Positions 30,201 to 41,698 of a stretch of 64,000 nt of DNA are shown here, piece after piece. The DNA lies in contig JABVCE010000033.1 of NCBI GenBank assembly GCA_014905635.1, positions 248,001 through 312,000 on the forward strand, in the 5' to 3' direction. This stretch comes from Scenedesmus sp. PABB004. Taxonomy: Eukaryota. Position 1 is the first letter of the stretch; each line of letters starts with the position of its first letter. The notes under the pieces are model-generated. The model was not told the DNA's origin. It did not search any database and saw nothing but the letters and a program-made list of their open reading frames with translations. Made by a program: the position numbers and the translations under genes.

Positions 30201-32937
30201 GGCGACGGCTTCCTGGTGCTTGAGGACCTCACCGCCGCCCTGTGCAACGTCGGCATCACCTCCTGGTGCGTGCGCGGCAGCAGCGCCCGCGCTCCCGCGC
30301 CGCCTCGGCGGCAGCGCATGCCGCGCAGCCCCCGCGGCGCCGCGGCGCCTCACGCGCGCCCGCTGCTCGCCGCCCGCCCGCCTGCTCCGCCCAGGGGCGA
30401 CCGCGTGGAGGTGCGGCGCCTGCGCGGATACGACGTCACCCGCGGTGCCGAGTTTTTGGCCCAGGGCTTTATGGCCGACAGCTCGTTCAAGATCAACACA
30501 ACCAACAGCGTTGCCAAATGGAGCGGCTGGCCGTTCACGGGGCCGTTCTGGGAGTCAAACCCCATCAAGGGTGCGCGTGCTTTGCCGCCCCGTCGCCGCG
30601 CCGCCTCCGCGCATGATGGCGGCCGGTGCCGCGCGCGCGCACGCGCCCCGCCGACGCCGGCGCGCCGACCGCCGCCGGCGCGCCGCCCCGGCGGCCCCAG
30701 GCTTTGAGTGGTATGACACCACGACGTCGACGATCCTCAGCAACGTGAGCTTTGAGAACTATCGCTACGTGCAGTACGAGACAGACCCGGGCGAGTGGTG
30801 GTACTGGCAGACGCCGCACGCGTTCCGCATGCTCTCCCACAGCGACCAGTTCAAGCCGGGTGCGGCGCTGCCCACCGGGGCGCGCCACGCCTGCTCGCGA
30901 CGCGGCGCGGGCGCGCGTAACGCAGCAGCAGCACGGGTCACGCTGGCGGCGCGCGCAGCTCACGGGCGGCCGCGGTCCCTGCTGCGCCGCCCTGCTGCCC
31001 CCGCAGACAAGACGATGATGGTCACCAAGGGCATCACCTGCACCAACTGCGACCTTGGCAACTGTGCGGGCGGCGTGTGCACCGGCGGCGCCTTTTTCCG
31101 CGTCGACCAGACCTACCGCGGCTCGAGCTGGCTCTTCAACTGGCTCGGTGCGCCCGCCGCCGCGCCGGGCGCGGTTGCAAGCACTGCGCTTCCGAGGCCG
31201 CGCCGGCGCTCACGCTCGCTGTCCGCGCGCCGCGGCCCCGCCTGCCCGCCCGCCCGCAGACCAGGACGGCAGCGTGGTGCGACACGTCGCGCCGGGCAAG
31301 CCTGCTGGGCCCTACCTCATCGCCTCGCAGCCCGACTGGTGGAAGCTCGACGACGCGACCAGCTGGCGCGAGCCGCGCTTTGGCGGCGTCTGGGTGTCGC
31401 CGATGCCCGACACCGAGGTGGTGGCGCGCGTGGAGATGCGCGTGCAGAGCGCGGCAGGCAACCGGTTCACGGTCGGCTCGTTTGACGGCGAGGACGTCAC
31501 TCGTATCGGTTATGTGAGCCAGTTTGGCGACGCAAGCCGCCAGGTGGTGATGACCAAGACCGAGGGCACCACCGGCATGACAGGTGCGCCGCGCGGCGCC
31601 GCCCTGGCCCGCCTGGCCCGCCCTGGCCCGCCCTGGCCCGGGGAGGCCCGCCAATGCAGGCAGGCAGGCCCCTCCAACCTGCTGCTGCCGGCTGTCCCGC
31701 GTGCCGCGCCGCGCCGCAGGCAAGTACGGCATGTATGCGGTGTGGAACACGAGCGCCACCGGCTACGTCGCGCCGCGGCGGCTGGAGCTGATAATCTTTA
31801 ACATCCCACGCATGAAGCAGGTCCAGTGGGCGACCTGCTACCCGCCGGGTGCGCACCCGGCCGCGCCGCGGCGCGGGCCGGCAGGCCCAGGCCAGCAGCC
31901 TGGCCGCGCAGCGCGGGCGCACGCGCGCGCGCGCCTGCCCCCCGCCGCGCGGCGCGGCGCTCGCTGAGGCCGCCGCCGCCGCGCAGGCACGACGTTCTCG
32001 ATCCGCCGCACCTTTGACTACGCAAAGTGCATGAACGGCGCCCCGCTCCCGCGCGCGGCGTCGCGCTGGGCGCTGCTCGGCGGCGGGCCGGCGTATTTCG
32101 TCGACACCGCGCCCGACGGCTCGGCCTGCCTGCACCTCGCGCTGGAAGACCCGGGGCAGCCCTGGGAGTACAGCCGCAGCTTCCAGCGCGCAGGGCTAAC
32201 CATCGAGGAGGAGGTCCGCTGGTACGACTACAGGTGCGAAACTCTCTTCCCCTGTGCACCGCGCCGTCCGTGGACCGCGCCAGCCAGCCCGACAGCCGCG
32301 CCGCGCCGCGAGTCGCGCGGCGGGCGGGCCGCGCCGTGACACCGCGCGCCGCGCGCCGCGTGCCGCGCGCCGCGGCACAGGTATGTGATTGAGGCGAGCG
32401 GCCCCGGCCTGGCCTGCGCCAACGAGTTCTTCTGCCCCCTCGCGGTGCGCCACCAGCGCAAGCAGCAAGCAGCCAGCTGCAGCGAGGCGCGGGGCGCGCC
32501 GCCCGCCGGCTCGCCGCGCCGGCGCGCTCAACGCGCCGCGCCGCGCCGCCCGCTGCGCAGGGCGACCCCGCGGCGCGCGTGCCGGCGCGCCTCGACGCCG
32601 CGCCGGCGCCGTGCTTTGATCAGCAGCCGCCCGGCGCGACGTGCGGCAGCGTCAAGTGCGACTGGACGGACGGGGCCTACTCGGGCGCGTGCGGCAATGC
32701 AGAGATCATCCGCGGCGGCTTCTGCCAGGTCCGTGCCGGCGGGCATGCCTGACGCGCGCCGCCTGGCCGGGCCCCGGCCTCAGCCGGGCACGCGTGCCCG
32801 CTCCGCGCAGCTCACCCCGCTCACCCGTTGCGCGCGCGCCGCGCGCCAGGCGCTGTGCGGCACGTGCGCCGCGCCGCCGACGGAGCCGCCCCCGTCCAGC
32901 CCGGCGCCGCGGCCGAGCCCGAGTCCGAGCCCGAGCG

Positions 32938-32970
<33 letters not shown>

Positions 32971-33440
32971 ACACCACATTGCTGCAGCTGCAGTGGATTG
33001 ACATCAGCTTCCGACTTCGCTCGGGCACTCGCTCAAGCGGCTACCACTGCTCTGCGACCGTCAGGCTGCTCGTCGCCGCGACGGGGCAGCCACCACCAAG
33101 GGCGGCTGGCCCCCTGACCGTGACGGGGCGCTGGGCGCGCAGCCCCGACCCCGACACGGCGGACGCGTGGCCCTTTGACGTGAGCGCTCGCACCACCAGG
33201 GGGAGGGCCTCGCTGCCAGCAAGCTTGGGCAGCGTCCCGCGGCCGCAGCTGCTGCCGAGTGCGGGCCCGATGGAGTGCCGCCTCACCGTGACGGACGTGC
33301 TCAGCCTGCCGCCGGGCTGGGCGGTCGACTGGGCGGGCTCGGCGCGCGAGGCGCGCGCCTGCTGGGACGCGGCAGGCGCCCGCGTGCCGTGCGGCCGGCG
33401 CAAGCGCGCCGCGGCGGCGGGCGCGCAGGCGGTGCCGTGA
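27218..33440 (+). CDS. Secreted G8-domain / beta-helix protein, copy 2 (tandem paralog)
   Basis: Signal peptide [22 protein letters not shown]. Same motifs and domain order as copy 1, with long blocks nearly identical in DNA. Confidence 0.88.
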
Positions 33441-33998
33441 GCTGCGTGCGCCAGGCTCGAGCTTGCGCCTGTGGGCCCGCCTCAAGCTTCACAGACACAC
33501 ATACACCATGGTTCCTGCACAGCGCTGAGCACGCTTTTGGTTGCCTGTGCTCGTGAATGATCGATCGTCAACCCCATTGCGGCACAGCGCGCGGGGCGCG
33601 CCCGCATTCCTTCTGAGATCACCCAACCCCCGCGGCTCCGTTTCGTTGATTGCTCTGTCGATGGCTTGTTTGATGGCACCCCCACCCCTTGTACATGCGC
33701 ACGCCGGGAGCACTGACAGGCGAGAAGGAGACCGATGACGGAGCTGTGGGACGAGAGCAGCGAGCGCCCCGGTGACGCCCGCCGCCGCCGGTGCGAGTAC
33801 GCCGCGAACGCTCGGGTTCTGTGATGCCAGTTGTGCCCGCGGCCCCCGCAGACCAGCGCCGCCAGCTCGGCACGGCGGCAGCGAGGCCGCGTTGCAGTGC
33901 GCCGCTGCGCCGCTGCTGCAGCAGCGCGAGCGCAGCCGCCAGCGCCGGAGTTCGACCGACATCCGACAGCGGCCTCTGCGCGCCTGGCGAACGGGGCG

Positions 33999-35251
33999 AT
34001 GCAGCTCTCACCGGCAGCGGTGCTGCTGCTGCTGGCCGCGCTCCTGGCCTGCGGCTGCGCGGGCCAGGGCGCGGCCCCCAAGCTCCCCGGCTGGCGCACC
34101 GTGAAGCTCGGCCTCGCGAGCGGGCAGCGGTGGGCGGCGCACGCGGCGGCGGGCGGCGGTGCCAGCAGCAGCTGCAGCTGCTCACGCCGCGCCTCTCTCT
34201 GCCCGCGCCGCGCCCGCCGCTGCCGTGCAACATTCAGCGACGCTTACCTGTTGGTGCCTCCCACCTACCGCGCGGGCAGCCCCTCGCCGCTGCTAGTGCT
34301 GCTTCACGGCGCGGGCAAGAACGCGGCTGACGCGCTCAGCGCGCTGCCCGGCGAATCGGCGATGCTCGCGCGCGAGCGCACGCTGCTGCTGATCCCCGAG
34401 TCGCGCGGCGCGACGTGGGACGTGGTGCTCAAGTGCGCGCGCGCTGGCCGCGGCACTGCGCCGCCGCGCCCTTCGCTGCTGGCGCCGCGCGCTTCGCTGC
34501 CGCCGCGCAGTGCGCGCTGCGCACTGCGCACTGCGCCGCCGCGCCCTTCGCCGCCGGCGCCGCGCCGCGCCTCGCCGCCGTCGCGTCGCCCCACCGCCGT
34601 CGCGTTGCCCCACCGCCGCCCGGGCGCGCCCGCCGCCGCAGCAAGCGGTACGGCCCGGACCTGGTCTTTGTGGGCCGCGCGCTCGGGTCGGTCCTGCAGC
34701 GCTACTCGGTCGACCGCCGCCGCGTCGGGCTCGCGGGCTTCAGCGACGGCGCGACCTACGCGCTCAGCCTCGGGCTGCCGGCCGGCACGGGCGTCACGCA
34801 CGTCCTCGCGTTCAGCCCGGGCGGCTTCCTCCCGCCCGCGACGGTGCGCGCGGGAGAGGCGCGCGCGGCCGCGCCCAAGCCGCGCCGCGCCCGCGGGCGG
34901 CCGGGCGCCGTTGACGCGGGATGGCGAGCCCCCCGCCCGCGCGCCGCCCGCGCGCGCGCTCACCCCGCCGCGCCACACGCCCGTCCCCTGCCTGCATGTG
35001 TCCACCACCGCCAGCCTGGCGGCGCCAAGGTCTTCATCGCGCACGGCACCGCCGACACGCTCTTCCCCGTGGACGCGACGGGCCGCGCGGTCGTGGCGCA
35101 GCTGCGCCGCCTCGACCCGCGGCGGGAGCTGGATTACGTCGAGTTTGCCGGCGGCCACCAGCCACCGCCCCCCACCGTGCGCCGCGCGGCGCTGGAATGG
35201 TTCTTGGAGGGCAAGCCCGTGGAGGGCGCACGCTACAACCAGGCCGGCTGA
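33999..35251 (+). CDS. Secreted alpha/beta hydrolase, phospholipase/carboxylesterase family; 4 exons
   Basis: Signal peptide, LLVLLHGAG, nucleophile GFSDG, IAHGTADTLFP (Asp), EFAGGH (His). Three in-frame GT-AG introns. Confidence 0.88.
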
Positions 35252-35432
35252 TCAGGGCGGGCTGGCACCGTGGGCTGCTTTCAACACATGCGACCAGGTC
35301 GGTGCCTGAACTTTGTGTGGCGAGAGCTGTCCGAGAGCGCGCGAGCCTGTGAACGCAACGCGCCGGTTGCAAGCCAGGCGTCTCGCTTGGGTGAGATTGG
35401 AGCGCGCCGAGAGTGTCACTCAGCCCCCCGCG

Positions 35433-36264
35433 CTACGCCGCCGCCTGCGCGCCGCGCCGCTCGCCCGACCCGCGCCGCTGCCGGCGCGGGCTCAGTCTGC
35501 TGCCCGAGAGCGCCGGTGGCGTGGGGCGCTCGCCCGCGTGCACCTCGCCCGCGGCGGCCAGCGCGCCGTATCGGCTGCCCACGGCGCTGACAGGGCGGGA
35601 GTGGGCCGGGCTGCCGCCGCGGCTGCCGCCGGGGCTGCTGAGCGCGCTGCCGGCGCTCCCGGCGCGCGCGCCGCCGCCGCGCCCGGCGGCGGTGCCGCCC
35701 TGCGCGCCGGCAAACGCCGCGCGCGCGGCCAGCCGGCCGAGCTGCCGCGTGAACTGCGCCCACGAGAGCGTGTCGCGCAGCGCCCAGCCGCCGCCCGCGC
35801 GCTGCTCCAGCTGCTGCACCTGAATCTGCTCCAGCTGCCAGCGGCTCCGGGCGCAGCGCGCGAGCGCGTAGCCCCGCCCCAGCCCCAGCGCCGCGCAGCA
35901 CGCGTTGGCCTGGCGCAGCGCCGCCGTGACCCCGCCGAGGTAGGCCGCGCTCGCGGACGCGCTGCACGGCCGCGCCCGCGCGCTGCCGCCGCCGCTGCCG
36001 CCTGGCTCGCGCGCCGGCTCGCCCGCCGCGCCCGCGCTGCGGGGCCGCGCGGGCGCGCCGCCTCGGCCGCCCGGCGGCGCCGCGGCGGGGCCAAGCGCCG
36101 AGCCGAGCGTGGCCAGGGCAAGGGGGCACTTGTTGGGCGTGTTGAGCGGGACCGGCGATGCGTCCCACGCCGGCTGCTGAGCCGCGAGCTCCCCGGCGAG
36201 ATAGGCGCCCCCTCTGGCCGCCGGGCGCAGGGCACCGGCAGCGCCCGCCCCGCCCTGCGGCACG

Positions 36265-36351
<87 letters not shown>

Positions 36352-38013
36352 AGCCAGGGCCGCGCGCCGCCGGCGGCGGTGCTGGGGCGGCGCGGCGTGA
36401 CGCCGGCCGAGGCGGGGCGCGGGCGGCGGGGGCCCGCCGCGCCCAGCCGCGCCGTGCACGGCGGGTCGGGCGGCGCGGCGCCATCAGGGAGGCCCCAGCT
36501 GGCCTCCTCTGGGATGCCAAAGCCCCAGGGCGCCGGCGCGGCTGCAGGGTTGACCCAGTCGCGGCGCGGCGGGCTGCTGCCACGGCTGCCCCCGCTGGCG
36601 GTGCGGGGCCGCACGCCGCCGTCGCCCCAGCCGCCCGGCGCCTCGCCTGCTGCAGGTGCGAGGCCGCTCGGCACCAGGGCCGTGGCCGGGCGGCGTCCGG
36701 ACAGCGGCGCCGAGCCCGGCCGCAGCCGGTGGCCCGCGGCCGCAAACACCGGGCTGGGCGCCGCGGCGGCCTGCCGGCTGCGGCTGTGCAACGGGCGCGT
36801 CGCGGGGCTCGCGCCCCGCGCCGGCGGCGTGGGCGGCACCGAGGCCGACGCCAGGTCGCCGGGCGCGGCCGCCGGCCGTGGCGCGGCCGCCGGGCTGCGC
36901 GGCCTGCTGCTCGCGGCGCTGCTGCTGTCGCCGTCGGCGGCCGCCGCGTCATCGTCTTGGTAGATGTAGCCGTCATCCTCACCCGCCGCGGCCGCCGGGT
37001 CGGCTGCCGACGACGCGTCGGCGGCGGCCGCGCCGCTGCTGGCCGGCGGCACCGGGTCCGCCGGCTCGCCCCCGTCAACCTGCCGCTCCAGCTGCTCCTG
37101 CCCTTGCCCCTGCTGCTGCTCCAGATCTGCCCCTGCCTGCTCCTCTGCCTGCTCCTCTGCCTGCTGCTCTGGCTGCTCCGCTGGTTGCGACCCTGCCTCA
37201 ACCTCCCCACCCCCTGGCGCCTGCTCCTCCTCCGTCTGCTCCTGCTCAAGCTCCTCCTCCTCCTCGTCGACCGCCTCCTGCTCCTGCTCCTCGTCCTGCT
37301 CTGGAGGCGGCTCGCTCCCTCCGGCGACGCTGCTGCAGCCGTTGAGCTCGCCGCCGCTGCCGCTGCTGGCCGCTCGCGCTGCTGCTGCCGCCCCCGGCTG
37401 CGCCGGCGCGGCCGACCAGGGCCGCGCCGCAGCGGGCTCGCCTGCCTGCGCGTCGTACGCGGCCGGCCGCACCGGCGGGACGTAGACAGCCCGCGCCTGC
37501 TCGCGCCATGCGGGGTCTGCGGCGGCGGCGGCGCGGGCGGAAGATCACGCGCGTGCCTCCCCAACCGCCCGGCCGCCGGCGCCGCCCGCAGCCGCGCCGG
37601 CGCCAGCGCGGCCCACCTGCCAGTGCCGCGACCTGGCGCTCCTGCGCGCGCGCCACCTGCTGCTGCGGCGCCGGCGAGGGCAGCGGCAGCCACCCGGCCG
37701 ACGCCCGGCGCTGCGCGTCGAGCGCGGCGGCAAACTTGGCGCGCTCGGCCGCGATCAGCGCCTCCAGCTGCGCGTCGCCGTCGCCGCCGCCGCCGCCCTC
37801 CAGCTCCTCCTCGTCCTCCTGCTCGGCGGCGGGGGCGGCTCACACAGGTGGGCCTCCGCCCGGCCCGACAGCGCGCGGCGGCGGCGTCCGCACGTGCAGC
37901 GCGGAGGCGCGCGCTGCACCGCCGGCGGCTCCGCCCGCGCCCCGTCGAACCGGGCAGCGCCCCACCTGTATAAACGCCTCAGTGTCGTCGTCGGGCGGCG
38001 CCAGCGCGTCCAT
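35433..38013 (-). CDS. Hypothetical low-complexity protein (acidic tract, polyQ); 3 exons
   Basis: ATG at 38013 (MDALAPPDDDTEAFIQ). Two GT-AG introns splice in frame to the long ORF ending at 35433. No family recognised. Confidence 0.6.
36267..36350 (-). repeat. (CAG)28 pure trinucleotide repeat (polyQ) on the minus strand
   Basis: Uninterrupted (CTG)28 on the plus strand. Confidence 0.95.
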
Positions 38014-38324
38014 GGCCGGCGGCGCGGCGCGGCGCGGACAGGATGGTCAAATGGCCCCAGCCGCGCCGCAGGCGCCCCTGCCGCTGCTCTCGTGGCTTCC
38101 TTGTAAGCCCAGTCGCCTTTCAAGCGCGTTCTCGAAGCCGCGCCGTGAGGCAGCTGCGGGACTCGGGAGCAGCCGGCGCACGGCGGGCCCCTGCCTCCGC
38201 TGCAGGACGGGCCCACGTTGCGGGGCGCCACTGCTCGTCACGCGTGCGGCGCGGCGAGCCTGTCCTCGCGACAGAGGGCGACGCGGCGCCGGCGCAACGG
38301 GCTGTAGCAGCGCTCTGCGGCCGC

Positions 38325-41300
38325 TCAGGCACCGCGCGCCCGCACGGCCGCCAGCGCGGCGGCGAGCACGAGGTCCAGGTCGGAGGAGGCGTGGACCACC
38401 GGCGGCCGCCGGCGCGCGCACTCGCCCGGCTCGCCCAGCTCGCGGGCGCCGGCGTCGTGGTCCTGCGCCGCCGCGATGAGCGCCGCCAGCTCCGCGCCGC
38501 CGCTCGCCTCGCCGCCGGCGCCCAGCAGCGCGCGCCACAGCGCTCGCCCGGCGGCCACGCGCCCCGCCCCGTCGCCGGCGCCGCCGCCGTCGCCGGCCGC
38601 GAGCGCGGCGCGCGTGTGCCGCACGAGCGCCGGCTGCAGCAGCTGCGCGAGCGCCCACGCCACGGCGTAGCCGAAGCCGCTGCCTGACGACAGGAGCAGG
38701 CGCGGCACGGCCGCAAGCTGCGGCGGCGGCGCGGCGGCAGCGCGAGTGTCAGCCGCCGCCGGCAGCGACCGCGCGCGGCGGCACGGCGCGGCGCGGGCGC
38801 GGGCGCAGGTGCGGGGGCGGGGTCCGGCCCGCGCGCAGCGGCCCGCCCACCTGCTGCAGCGACGCCTCGACCGCCGGCATCGCCGACAGCTGGGCGTCGC
38901 TGACGAGCTCGGCCCACACGCGGTGCGCGGCGTGGCGGCCGAGCTGCAGCCCCTGCAGCCCCGCGAGCCGCAGGTCCGCCAGCATCGCCAGCACCGTGTG
39001 CTGCCGCAGCAGCGCGTCGTCGTGGCGGCTCGCCAGCAGGCCCGCCAGGCGCGCCGCGAGCGCAGGCGGCAGCGCCTCGCCCGTCCCCGCGTGCGTGCAC
39101 AGCACCGACAGGCAGGCCGGGTCAAGCACAAAGGCTTCGAGCAGCGTGGACGGCAGCTCCAGCAGCTCGAGCGGCAGCCACGCCGCGTGCAGGTGGCGCG
39201 CGCGGCCGCCCGGCGCGGCGCCGGCGCCCGGCGCGGCCGCGGCCGCGCCCGCGTCCGCGCCGCCGCGCGGGCCAGTAGCGTGGGCGCTGAGTATGAAGCT
39301 CACAGCGTGCCCCATCTCGTGGCAGAGCTCCCACAGGCCCAGCGCGACCTGCTCGCGCCCCCCGCCGAGCGCGCCGCCCGACGAGAGGCCCACGGCCACG
39401 GCCGGCGCGCCGCCGCCGCGCCGCGCCGGCTCGCACCACCACCGCTCCTGGTCCTGGCCCTGAGCCGGCTGCTGCTCCGCCCGCGGCAGCGGCTGCTCCG
39501 CCGACGCCCCCGGCCACGGGTCTGGCGACCCGCCCTCACCGTGCAGCAGGAGCTGCGTTGAGAAGCCGCCGGCAGGGTCGAGGTAGATTCTACCAAGCAC
39601 GGCGCCCTCGCCGCCAGCGGCGACGTCCGCCAGCTCCAGCACCTGCACGCGCTCGGCCCACACCTCGCCCCCCGCCGCCGGCGCCGCGCGCAGCGCCAGC
39701 CCCAGCGCCGCGCGCAGAAGACGGTCCAGCCCCGCCAGCGCCTGGGGGAGGCCAAGGAAGGGCTGCAGCGCGGCGAGGTCGGCGCGGCCGAGCAGCCCCA
39801 GCTCACGCTGCGGGGCGGCGCGCGGGCGGCAGGTCAGGCGCAGCGCCGGCTGGCGGCGGCCTGCGCGGCGGCCCCCGGCAGCGCCGCCGCCGGGCCTGCA
39901 CGGGCTAGCCGGCAGCAGCGCCCGACCTGGTGAAGCGCGTGCGCCAGGTCTGAGCCCTGCAGGCCCTCGTGCGATGGCTGCTGCGGCGGCGGCAGCTGCC
40001 GCTGCAGCTCCGCCGCGCTCGCCGCCGCCGCCGGCGCCAGCGCGCCCGCGAGCTGCTCGCAGAAGCGCTCCGCCGCCGCGCCGCTGCCCAGCAGCGAGTG
40101 CTGCAGCACCCACTCTGCGTGGCTGGCGGCGCCCTGCGCCCGCGCGGCCTTGCGCCGCGCCTCGGCCAGCTCGCCCCACAGCAGCAGCAGGCCGTCGAGT
40201 CGCCGCAGCACGCCCGCGTCGTAAACATCGCGCCGCACTGCCGCGTCGGGGTGGCCCCGCAGCAGCCGCGCGACCAGTGGCAGCGCCAGCACGAGGCGGC
40301 CGCCCCCGCCGCCGCCCTCGTCGCCCCCGCCGTCGCCGCTGCCGCCGCCCGCCGCCTCGCCCGCCGCCTCGTCCGCCGCGGCGAGCGGCTGCAGCAGAGC
40401 CCGCCTGCTGTCGTCGTCCAGCTCCACCGCCGGCGCGCGCCCCGGGCTGAGCAGCAGCTCCTGCATGCGCGCCGCCGTGGCGCGCTGCTCCGCCGCCCAG
40501 CCAGCCAGCAGCGCGCGCTGCTCGGCGCCCGACAGCACGCGCGCGTCGCCGCCGGCGCCCGCCGCGGCGCCGGCGAAGCCGCTCGGGCTCAGCCCCTCGA
40601 GCTGCACGTGGCGCAGCAGCGCGCGCGCGAGCGCCGCGCCGTCGCCATCGGGCGCGGCGCTCTGCGTCGCGCACGCCGCGACGACCAGGCCCTGCTGCAG
40701 CAGGATGTCGCTGCAGAGGGCCTGCTCCAGGCTCCGCGCCTCAACAAACACGGCCGCCGCCGCCGCGCGCCAGCCGCGCTGCGCGTGCTGGTCCTTCAGC
40801 AGGCCCGCCACCAGCAGCAGCTGCGGGCGCACGCGTGCGGGCGGAGGCGTGAGGGCGGATGGGGAGGGGGCGTGGGTCGGCGCGGGCTGCCGCGGCCGGC
40901 ACCGGCCGAGAGCCAGCGCGCGCCCCAAAGGCCGAGCGCGCACCTGCTGCAGCTCGCCGAGCAGGCCGTCCAGCGCGCCCAGGAAGCGCTCGCTCCATGC
41001 TAGCAGCTCTGCGCCGTCGCCGCCGCCGCCGTCCAGCAGCGCAGGCAGCGACGCCGCCGTGTCGGCCCGCAGCGCCGCCCAGCCCGCCTCGCACGCGGGC
41101 GCGACCTGCCGCCGCCACGCCGCGGCCAGCGCCCCGGGGGCGGCCAGCTGCGGCAGCGCCAGCACGCCCGTGGGGGGGGCGTGGCCCGGCGCGGGCGCGC
41201 CCGGGCCCGCCGGCGCCGCGCTGTCGGCCCCGCTCGGCGGCGGCAGCGGCGCCAGCTGCAGCGCCGCGGGCCGCGGCGGCGCCCGGGTGGGCGCCATGCG

Positions 41301-41387
41301 CCGCGGCGCGTGTGCCGACGGCGGCCTGGCGCAGAGGCAGGGCGCATGCGGGCGCCGCAGCGCGGCGGCGGCGGCTGCGCCCGCCAT
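38325..41387 (-). CDS. Divergent peptidase family M3 protein (mitochondrial intermediate peptidase/oligopeptidase A-like); 4 exons
   Basis: Zinc motif LCHEMGHA, third ligand in ELLELPSTLLE, LGRIYLD, and a transit-peptide-like N-terminus. Confidence 0.75.
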
Positions 41388-41698
41388 CGCTGCGCGGCCC
41401 GCCCCGGCGCCGGCGAGCTGCAGAGCCTGACGCGGCCTGCTCGGTCGGGCGCGAAAGGCGTGGTGTGATCCTGCGGCGGCGGCGGCGCTGGGGTGGCGGC
41501 GGCGCGGCGAGGGCGCGGCGGCGGCGCAGGGCTCGGCAACCGCCGTCGCCGCCGCCTGACCGCCTGGCGCCGCCGCCGCTCGCCCCGCACACTCCCGCCA
41601 CCAGGCACCCCGCCGTGGCCCCGCCACGCCCTCGGCCGGCGTCGCCGCCGGTCCACCTCAGCAGCGGCGGCGCTCGCTCCGTCGCTCGGCGCGGCGCG

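Noticed and set aside
34453..34566. ~38 bp duplication within an esterase intron
   Set aside because: Local slippage in low-complexity GC-rich intron sequence, with no evidence of function.
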